Assembly: GCA_002427525.1 (NCBI GenBank)
Contig: DIRP01000002.1
Span: 16,997-80,996 of the forward strand
Source: Bacteroidales bacterium UBA5433
GTDB taxonomy: Bacteria > Bacteroidota > Bacteroidia > Bacteroidales > UBA932
Reading direction: 5' to 3'
Length of the DNA: 64,000 nt
Below, piece by piece: positions 1 to 7,256 of this stretch (its first letter is position 1; each line of letters opens with the position of its first letter). The translations under genes and the position numbers were made by a program. Under the pieces are notes generated by a model. The model had not been told where the DNA came from, ran no database searches, and saw only the letters and a program-made list of their open reading frames with translations.

Positions 1-276
1 TTTGCCGAGGATCTGGACATAGCCCGCCATCTGGACAGGATGCCGGAATCGCTGTCGGGAGGGGAGAAGCAGCGGGTGGCCCTGGCGCGGACCCTGGTAA
101 TCCATCCCAAAGTGTTGCTGTTGGACGAGCCGCTCTCGGCCCTGGATGCTCCGTTACGGGACCAGTCGGCCCTGTTGTTGAAAAAGGTATCCGATACCGG
201 CATTACCATCCTGCACGTGACACACGATCCGTCAGAAGTGCGCATGCTGGCTAACCGTCAGGTTGCGATTACGTAA
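1..276 (+). CDS. ABC transporter ATP-binding protein, C-terminal fragment (5' end outside window)
   Basis: Frame +1 is open from base 1. It contains the ABC signature [13 protein letters not shown], Walker B LLLLDEP and an H-loop-like HVTHD. Substrate cannot be read from the fragment. Confidence 0.85.
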   Translation, partial: FAEDLDIARHLDRMPESLSGGEKQRVALARTLVIHPKVLLLDEPLSALDAPLRDQSALLLKKVSDTGITILHVTHDPSEVRMLANRQVAIT

Positions 277-283
277 CGGGTTC

Positions 284-1186
284 TTATTGCCCCAAAGAGC
301 GGAGGATTTTCTGCCCTCCGTCGGGGTCTGTTAAAAAGGCGGCGAATTTTTTGGCCAGTTGCGGGTTTTCTGCATTGTGGGGAATGGTAAAGCTGTACAC
401 AATGGGAGTCCCCGTTACTACGATGGAATCTCCCGGACTGCTTCCCCTGATTTTTAGTTGTGCTTGTGCATACTGTGCTGCCAGGGCGCTGTCTCCCAGG
501 TTGATATCGTCCGGTAGTTCTATATACCGCAGGCCGTGTTGCAGGGCCACCGATTTGTATATAAACATATAATCTATGGCCTGGCTGCCCAGCAAAGCCA
601 ATAAATCCACTTCTTTAGGGCGGATAAAGCGTTGGTCTTTTTCCGTGAAATCTTGTACAGTAAAGGGGGCAGGGCCGTCTGCCGGGGTATAATATTTCTC
701 TGCCAGTTGCAGCACAAAGACGGTGCGGTAGCCGCATGGGTCGGCATGGGGGTCTGACCGCCCGTAAAAGACATGGGGCAAGCGCAGTATTTCGTACCAG
801 TTGTCAGAGGTAATGTGGTCTGCTTCCCGCGATTTGTCTGTATAGGCAATGACGATGCTGTTGGTGGCAAAGTGTTGGTTTTCCGAGGCGTATTCGGGAA
901 TAAGCAATTGGTCAATGACCAGGTAATCTGCCGAGGCCAGGATGTCGCAGGAACGTCCCAGTTCTGTGATTTTGCGGGCGCAATCTATACTGCCGGCCGC
1001 TTCCATTTTAAATTCCGTACCCGGGTACATGGTGGTAAAGCTGTCTGCCAGCGCCTTCAGGGGCATGGCCAGGCTGCCTGCATGGAAAATAACCAGTTGT
1101 TTATCCGCTTGCTGCCGACATCCTAAAAAAGGTATTGCCAGGAGTACACACAACAGCACGCGCCACTTTTTTATATATAGGTTCAT
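284..1186 (-). CDS. WtpA/ModA-type tungstate/molybdate-binding periplasmic lipoprotein
   Basis: 300 aa with an ATG start and a lipoprotein signal (LAIPFLGC). The blocks FHAGSL, ILASADY..IPEYA, AYTDKS and DPCGYRT match my memory of WtpA-class oxyanion-binding proteins. It lies in a locus with a tungsten enzyme. Confidence 0.7.
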   Translation of the reverse strand: MNLYIKKWRVLLCVLLAIPFLGCRQQADKQLVIFHAGSLAMPLKALADSFTTMYPGTEFKMEAAGSIDCARKITELGRSCDILASADYLVIDQLLIPEYASENQHFATNSIVIAYTDKSREADHITSDNWYEILRLPHVFYGRSDPHADPCGYRTVFVLQLAEKYYTPADGPAPFTVQDFTEKDQRFIRPKEVDLLALLGSQAIDYMFIYKSVALQHGLRYIELPDDINLGDSALAAQYAQAQLKIRGSSPGDSIVVTGTPIVYSFTIPHNAENPQLAKKFAAFLTDPDGGQKILRSLGQ

Positions 1187-1197
1187 ATATCTGTCTG

Positions 1198-2295
1198 TTA
1201 GTTTTCACTATCGGTTAATCGGATTTCGCTCAGTCCTTTGATGCTTCTGTCTGCAAAGGCGTCGCATGCCGTATAGATGGCAAAGGAGGTTCCGTCCTGC
1301 CTTAGGAGGATTTCCCGGTGGTCGTTGCGGTTCACTATTTCAGACACAGAAAAGGCTGCCCTGAAGCCGTCCACGCCGGCAACGCTCAACATGCCTGTTT
1401 GGATGGTTTTGTAATCGTCAGCAGGAAACCAGGGAGCCAGCACGTCACGGAGCATAAGTCCCGAATATTCCCGCATGCCTTTATAACCCGTACTGTTGCC
1501 GTAAAAGAGTACGGGGTACGTGAGTGTGGGAAGGCCTTTGGGAAGTGATGTCAGTACGGCGGCGGTATCTTGCAAAGACATTTGAATGGCCAGGCGCCCG
1601 GGGTCGTTTTCCAGTACTTCCGGAGCCCTGTCCACTATGTAATTTCCTTTGAGTGAGCGGATGGTAATGTGTGTGGGACACGGAATGTTCCGGACAGAGA
1701 CCAGGTCTGTGGCTGCAATCAGTTTCATTTCTGTGGGCAGGTTCCACAATTCGCCTGTTTTTCCGGGAATTACGCGTGTGACCCTTTTGGCCACTACCAC
1801 ACCGTACATGTTGGCCGTATAAAACAGTTCCCCCCAGGAGAAAACAGCCGTATCGCCTGCATCGTTCCGTACTTCTATGTACAGATCTATGGGAGGCCAC
1901 AAGTCTTCTTTGCTTTCTTTGTCTACTTTAACAGCACTTAGGATATCACACAAGGCGTACCCCTCGTACCGGAAAGCTCCCAGAAACGCGATGGAATCGC
2001 CTTCTTTGCAGTACATGGCTTCTTTAACGGTTACCGTGCGCAACGGGAACTTGGACAATTTGATTTCTGTTGCCTGTTCTACTTCGCCGTCAATTACCAG
2101 TTTTTTAGGTCCTTGCAATGTGGTATAAGCTTCCCGGTTAAAGTAATTGTTAGAGCCCGAGTTCCAGATAAGGGTAGATCCGCTTACGGCGTCCAGTCCC
2201 ACGGTAACGCAGGAAGGTGTCAGGAAGAATACGGTCAGCAGGGCGCATACCGGCAGGATGTAGGATGGCAGGTGTTTTAAAAGAATTTTTTTCAT
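1198..2295 (-). CDS. hypothetical lipoprotein with two tandem domains faintly resembling the sulfite-oxidase/YedY-type molybdopterin-oxidoreductase fold
   Basis: 365 aa with an ATG start and a lipoprotein signal (LTPSC). Two internally similar halves each show a pattern like Y.G..L.D(I/V)L ... DG/AG D ... F.. .E. ... R.I..L..I. The stop is 11 nt upstream of the WtpA-like start. The domain call is tentative. Confidence 0.45.
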   Translation of the reverse strand: MKKILLKHLPSYILPVCALLTVFFLTPSCVTVGLDAVSGSTLIWNSGSNNYFNREAYTTLQGPKKLVIDGEVEQATEIKLSKFPLRTVTVKEAMYCKEGDSIAFLGAFRYEGYALCDILSAVKVDKESKEDLWPPIDLYIEVRNDAGDTAVFSWGELFYTANMYGVVVAKRVTRVIPGKTGELWNLPTEMKLIAATDLVSVRNIPCPTHITIRSLKGNYIVDRAPEVLENDPGRLAIQMSLQDTAAVLTSLPKGLPTLTYPVLFYGNSTGYKGMREYSGLMLRDVLAPWFPADDYKTIQTGMLSVAGVDGFRAAFSVSEIVNRNDHREILLRQDGTSFAIYTACDAFADRSIKGLSEIRLTDSEN

Positions 2296-2349
2296 AAATA
2301 TATAGGTATTCTTTGTAAAGCGATTTGTGTATTGGTGTAGGCAGGGTGC

Positions 2350-2553
2350 TTATCCGCCGCTAATCAGGTGAATGATGTCCAGGCGGTCTCCGTCCTTAAC
2401 CTGAACCGAGTCGTAGGTTCCTTTGGGAACAAGCTGTCCGTTTAGTTTGACTACGAGCATTTTAAAATGGAAAGATTTTTTTTCCATAATCTGTTCAATG
2501 GTCATGGAACTTGTTTGGAATTGTTCTTTTCTGTTGTTTAATAAAATGGTCAT
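2350..2553 (-). CDS. ThiS/MoaD-family sulfur-carrier protein
   Basis: 67 aa ending in the diagnostic C-terminal Gly-Gly (...IIHLISGG). The KLNGQLVP...V.DGDRLDI pattern is typical of ThiS/MoaD beta-grasp proteins. Its start overlaps the upstream E1-like stop (ATGA). Confidence 0.8.
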   Translation of the reverse strand: MTILLNNRKEQFQTSSMTIEQIMEKKSFHFKMLVVKLNGQLVPKGTYDSVQVKDGDRLDIIHLISGG

Positions 2554-3149
2554 AGGGGCTGCGGTATGTCTTTCAACAAAATTTCAAGTACCAGATCTGC
2601 CTGCATCATAGCCGTCTGGGTTACTCGCGGAGCCATCAAAGGTACGTCTTTTTGGTCGATTTCTTTTTGATGCCCGCATACATACAGGTTCCCGGCACGT
2701 TGTACCTGAACAAGGTGCGGGTCTCCCCATCCGGCAATGCCCGAACCCATAATTAAGGGGATGTGGGGGAGGTGCTGCGCCATCCAGGCAGCAAACCATT
2801 CCTTTTCCCCGGCTGCATCGAAAGCTTCTACCACAACATCGCACCCGGAAAAGAAGTTGTCGGCATTTCCGGATGTTACGCGCTCCGTAAATACCTGAAT
2901 ATCAAGGGTGGGGTTTATCCGCAACAGGTTTTCCCGCAAAGCAGCCACTTTGGTACGTCCTATTTGGTCTGTAAAATAGAATTGTCTGTTTAGGTTGTTT
3001 TGTGTAACCATATCAAAATCTGCAACAACCAGGTGTCCTATGCCGCTTCTGACCAGGGCGGCAGCTGCGTTGGATCCCAGACCTCCGGCTCCTGCAATTC
3101 CTACACGTTTTGAAGCCAGCCGGGTTTTTATATTTTGGATTACCGTCAA
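2550..3149 (-). CDS. ThiF/MoeB/HesA-family E1-like adenylyltransferase
   Basis: Has the Rossmann motif VGIAGAGGLGSN followed by VADFDMV..NNLNRQ. There is no ATG upstream of the motif. The ORF-track start at 3179 is TTG and lies under a minus-strand TATATTTG -7 box (3169-3176), so I prefer the in-frame TTG at 3149. The start remains uncertain (3149 or 3179). Confidence 0.8.
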   Translation of the reverse strand: MTVIQNIKTRLASKRVGIAGAGGLGSNAAAALVRSGIGHLVVADFDMVTQNNLNRQFYFTDQIGRTKVAALRENLLRINPTLDIQVFTERVTSGNADNFFSGCDVVVEAFDAAGEKEWFAAWMAQHLPHIPLIMGSGIAGWGDPHLVQVQRAGNLYVCGHQKEIDQKDVPLMAPRVTQTAMMQADLVLEILLKDIPQPL

Positions 3150-3155
3150 TTTCTC

Positions 3156-3163
3156 TATTTTTG
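3156..3163 (+). promoter_or_regulatory. Bacteroidota-type -7 promoter box (TATTTTTG) for the aor gene
   Basis: Exact TAnnTTTG match 30 nt upstream of the ATG at 3194. Confidence 0.45.
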
Positions 3164-3168
3164 TAAGA

Positions 3169-3176
3169 CAAATATA
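3169..3176 (-). promoter_or_regulatory. Bacteroidota-type -7 promoter box (TATATTTG on minus strand) for the thiF-like operon
   Basis: Exact TAnnTTTG match on the minus strand, 19 nt upstream of the TTG at 3149. Confidence 0.4.
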
Positions 3177-3193
3177 CAATTAAAAGATTTTCT

Positions 3194-5344
3194 ATGAATG
3201 CTTTACTTAATAACCGGGAAGTGCTGGCCCGGATTCCTTATACATGGAAACCGCTTGATAAAGGGTATTCAGACCAGAGTTTGTATGTGGATTTGAGTAC
3301 CTACAGTGCAGCAGTACGCCCGGTTCCACCTGAAGTAAGGGAGAAATTTATAGGCGGCAAAGGGTACGGTTTGCGTATGTTATGGGATGCCGTCACACCG
3401 AATACGACATGGAAAGATCCTGAAAATGAAATTGTTATTTCCGGAGGTCCCGTATGCGGTATTACCCAGTATGCGGGGTCGGGAAAAAGCATTTGCGTGG
3501 GGTTGTCCCCGTTGACGGAAGGGGTAGTGGATTCCAACGTGGGAGGTCACTTTGGCCCGCATTTGAAATTTGCCGGGTTTGATGCCCTGGAAGTGCAGGG
3601 AATTGCTCCGCGCGAAGTGATTGTGTATATCAACGGAGTGGACCACCAAATAGAGTTTTTTGTTCCTCCGGCAGGCATGCATATTGATTCACACCTGCTT
3701 GCTGAAGAATTGCATGAAATGTTTGCAGACAATGAGAAAGACAAGCTGAACGTATCGGTGGTGTCGGCCGGAAAGGCAGCCGATCACTCGCTTATTGGTA
3801 TGCTTAATTTTTCTTTTTATGACGTCAAACGCAAGAAAATAAGGCTTAAACAAGCCGGCAGAGGCGGATTGGGCACTTTGTTGCGCCATAAGAACGTGCG
3901 TGCTATTGTGGCTAAAGTCCCGCAAGTATCGGGGAATTTGGTGAATGTAGTGGATATGCCGGCCATTATGGAGCGTGGCAAGCGTTTTACCCGGGAAATG
4001 ATAGAGCTGGATGATGAGCAATGCCAAATGAGAAAATTGGGAACGGCTCATCTGATGGGTGTTATGGAGAAATACGACTTGTTGCCGGTGATGAATTTTA
4101 AATTCGGAGACCATAAGGATTGCCATAAGATTGATATGGAAGTCTGGAAAACTTATTTTACGCAGGGAGTTCCGGACGGTTGCTGGCTGGGCTGTACCAT
4201 GATGTGCGCCAAGGGGGTGGATGATTTTGAATTGAGAACAGGTCCCTATAAAGGAACTAAGGTGTTGGTGGACGGGCCCGAATACGAAACTGCCGCCGCA
4301 CTCGGCTCCAACCTGGCTGTTTTTGATCCGCTGTACGTTATTGAACAGAATTTCTATTGCGATACGTACGGCATTTGTACCATATCCTGGGGCAACATTG
4401 TCGCTTTTATGATGGAATGCTGGGAAGCAGGCATCCTGGATAAAGAAAAAACAGGCGGCCTGGACTTTACCTGGGGAAATGCAGAAGATGCGTTGGAATG
4501 CATGCACCAGTTGGCACGCGGGGAAGGGTTTGGTTTGGTAGCCGGCCTGGGGGTACGTAAAATGAAAGAGCTGTTTATTGAAAAAGGATGGGGCGATGCC
4601 GGTTTTCTGCAGGATATTGCCATGGAGAACAAGGGTATGGAGTATTCCATGTACATATCTAAGGAATCACTGGCCCAGCAAGGCGGGTATGCCATGACAA
4701 ACAAAGGCCCCCAGCACGACGAGGCCTGGCTTATTTTTATGGATATGGTCAACAACGCGATTCCCACGTTTGAAGACAAAGCCGAGGCGTTGCATTATTT
4801 TCCCATGTTCAGAACGTGGTTTGGTCTGGCGGGTTTTTGTAAACTCTGTTGGAACGACATAGAACCGGCAGACAATGCCCAAACAGCCGAACCCAACAAA
4901 GTTCCGGAACACGTAGACAATTACGTAACTGTTTTTAAGGCGGTTACAGGTCTGGACTTTGATAAGGAAGAACTCATCCGCATGTCGGAACGTGTGTACA
5001 ATTTCCAACGCGTATTTAATATCAGGATGGGATACGGCTTGCGTAAGCACGATGCGCAACCTTACCGTGCCTGCGGTCCCGTAACGGCGGAAGAGTACCT
5101 CTCCAGGGAGGAAAGGTATGACAAGCAGCTGAAAGAAGAAGTGGGTGTGGACCCCGCAACCATGACGCTGGATGAAAAACGCAAGGCATTACGAACCTTC
5201 CGCGAAGACAGGTACGAGAAATTGCTGGATGCCGTTTACAAACGCCGCGGATGGAACAGCAACGGGGTTCCCCGCGTTGAGTTCCTGAAAGGTATTGGTA
5301 TGGACCTGCCGGAACTCATAGAGGTTGTTGCCCCGTTGCAGTAG
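3194..5344 (+). CDS. aor: tungsten-containing aldehyde:ferredoxin oxidoreductase (AOR family)
   Basis: 716 aa. Carries the N-terminal AOR motif GGKGYGLRMLW, a cysteine cluster DGCWLGCTMMCAKG, PEYETAAALGSN, and the C-terminal Y..RGWN.NGVP..E.L..IG ending typical of AOR-family enzymes. Confidence 0.9.
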   Translation: MNALLNNREVLARIPYTWKPLDKGYSDQSLYVDLSTYSAAVRPVPPEVREKFIGGKGYGLRMLWDAVTPNTTWKDPENEIVISGGPVCGITQYAGSGKSICVGLSPLTEGVVDSNVGGHFGPHLKFAGFDALEVQGIAPREVIVYINGVDHQIEFFVPPAGMHIDSHLLAEELHEMFADNEKDKLNVSVVSAGKAADHSLIGMLNFSFYDVKRKKIRLKQAGRGGLGTLLRHKNVRAIVAKVPQVSGNLVNVVDMPAIMERGKRFTREMIELDDEQCQMRKLGTAHLMGVMEKYDLLPVMNFKFGDHKDCHKIDMEVWKTYFTQGVPDGCWLGCTMMCAKGVDDFELRTGPYKGTKVLVDGPEYETAAALGSNLAVFDPLYVIEQNFYCDTYGICTISWGNIVAFMMECWEAGILDKEKTGGLDFTWGNAEDALECMHQLARGEGFGLVAGLGVRKMKELFIEKGWGDAGFLQDIAMENKGMEYSMYISKESLAQQGGYAMTNKGPQHDEAWLIFMDMVNNAIPTFEDKAEALHYFPMFRTWFGLAGFCKLCWNDIEPADNAQTAEPNKVPEHVDNYVTVFKAVTGLDFDKEELIRMSERVYNFQRVFNIRMGYGLRKHDAQPYRACGPVTAEEYLSREERYDKQLKEEVGVDPATMTLDEKRKALRTFREDRYEKLLDAVYKRRGWNSNGVPRVEFLKGIGMDLPELIEVVAPLQ

Positions 5345-7192
5345 TCACTTGATGATATCCACACTTCTTTTTATAAACGTGTTCAGGGCTTCTCCTTTTA
5401 ACAGGTTGTTGGCCAGCAGGGCCAGATCACATACCTGATGTACCAGGTCTTTGTCTTTGGATTCCCTTATGCGTTCTACCAAAGGATGTTGTACGTTTAC
5501 GGCCAGGTTGTAGGATTCCGGCATAGTGCCCATAAAATTCATTCCGCCACCCAGGGCCGACATTTCACGGTAGCGGCGCATCCATTCACCTTGTGTAATG
5601 ATAACGGGCAATTGTTGTTCTCCCATGTTTTCAAAGGTTACGGTAAACGTAACGTCTTTGGGCAGGGCCTCTGTGAATAAGGCTTGCAATTCTTTTTCTT
5701 CCTCTTCCTGCATTTCCGGTTTGTCGGCTTCTTCCTTCAGGATAAGCTTTTCCGGTATGTCTGAGTCAACGCGTACAAAGCGTACGTCTTTCATCTTGGA
5801 TTCCAAGAGGTTGACAAAATGAGCCGAGAGGGGAGAGTCCAGTAGAAGTACGTCGTAGCCTTTGTCTTTTGCCGCGCTTATGTAGGCAAACTGTTCTTCT
5901 GCATGGGTCGCATACAGGTAGATCAGGTTGTTGTCTTTGTCTTTCTGGTTGGGTTCTATGAATGTGGCGTATTCGTCAAAACTCAGGTATTTTTCGTCGG
6001 TATTTTTTAACAAGGCAAATTTTACGGCTCTATCGTAGAATTTGTCTTCCGTCATCATGCCGTATTCAATGAAAAGCTTCAGGTTGTCCCATTTTTCTTC
6101 CAGGGCAGGTCGGTCGTTTTTAAAGATTTCTTCCAACCGGTCAGCCACCTTGCGTGTGATGTGTGACGAAATCTTCTTTACGTTGGAATCGCTTTGCAGG
6201 TAACTGCGCGATACGTTCAGCGGAATATCCGGAGAATCAATTACTCCGTGCAGTAAAGTCAGAAAATCCGGGACAATATGTTCGATATTGTCGGTGACAA
6301 ACACCTGATTGCAATAGAGTTGAATTTTGTTGCGTGTTACTTCCAGACGGTCTTTAATCTTGGGGAAATAAAGTATCCCGGTGAGCTTGAACGGGTAGTC
6401 TACGTTCAAGTGAATCCAGAAAAGCGGCTCTTCTGCCATGGGGTACAGTTTGCTGTAAAAAGCCTTGTAATCCTCGTCTTTCAGCTCGGCAGGCTTGCGG
6501 GTCCACAGGGGATTGGTATCGTTTACTATCCTGTCTTTGTCCAGCTCAATTTCTTTTCCGTCTTTCCATTCTTTTTCTTTTCCAAAGGCAATTTCAACGG
6601 GCAGAAAACTGCAGTATTTGTGCAGCAACATGTTGATGCTGTCTTCTTCTGCATACGATTTATGCTCGGCATACAAATACAGGATAATATCTGTTCCCCG
6701 GCTTTCCTTTTTCGTAGGTTCCATGGTATATTCCGGCGTACCTTTGCACGTCCACTTGACGGCCTCTGCTCCTTCCTGCCAGGATTGGGTGATGATTTCC
6801 ACCTTTTTGGCTACCATAAAACTGGAATAAAATCCCAGACCAAAATGACCTATAATGTTGTTTTCCTGGTCTTTGTATTTTTCCAGGAATTCACCGGCAC
6901 TGGAGAATGCAATCTGGTTGATGTATTTGTCCACCTCTTCTGCCGTCATGCCAATCCCTTTGTCAGAGATGGTCAGGGTAGCATTGTCTTTATCTGCACT
7001 TACGCGAATGGTCAGATCTCCCAGTTCTTCTTTAAATTCTCCTTTGGCAGCCAGGGCCTTGATCTTTTGTGTAGCATCTACTGCGTTGGAAATCAATTCC
7101 CTCAAGAAAATTTCATGGTCTGAATACAGGAATTTCTTGATTACAGGAAAAATGTCGTGGGTGGTTACCCCAATAGTACCTTTATTTTTCAT
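5345..7192 (-). CDS. htpG: molecular chaperone HtpG (Hsp90)
   Basis: 615 aa. The N-terminus FLYSDHEIFLRELISNAVDA and GHFGLGFYS form the GHKL ATPase motifs of Hsp90. Confidence 0.95.
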   Translation of the reverse strand: MKNKGTIGVTTHDIFPVIKKFLYSDHEIFLRELISNAVDATQKIKALAAKGEFKEELGDLTIRVSADKDNATLTISDKGIGMTAEEVDKYINQIAFSSAGEFLEKYKDQENNIIGHFGLGFYSSFMVAKKVEIITQSWQEGAEAVKWTCKGTPEYTMEPTKKESRGTDIILYLYAEHKSYAEEDSINMLLHKYCSFLPVEIAFGKEKEWKDGKEIELDKDRIVNDTNPLWTRKPAELKDEDYKAFYSKLYPMAEEPLFWIHLNVDYPFKLTGILYFPKIKDRLEVTRNKIQLYCNQVFVTDNIEHIVPDFLTLLHGVIDSPDIPLNVSRSYLQSDSNVKKISSHITRKVADRLEEIFKNDRPALEEKWDNLKLFIEYGMMTEDKFYDRAVKFALLKNTDEKYLSFDEYATFIEPNQKDKDNNLIYLYATHAEEQFAYISAAKDKGYDVLLLDSPLSAHFVNLLESKMKDVRFVRVDSDIPEKLILKEEADKPEMQEEEEKELQALFTEALPKDVTFTVTFENMGEQQLPVIITQGEWMRRYREMSALGGGMNFMGTMPESYNLAVNVQHPLVERIRESKDKDLVHQVCDLALLANNLLKGEALNTFIKRSVDIIK

Positions 7193-7256
7193 AGTTGTTG
7201 CATTGTGATTTTGATGTCACCTATGTCAAAAACCATTCCAACGGTACATATACTGA

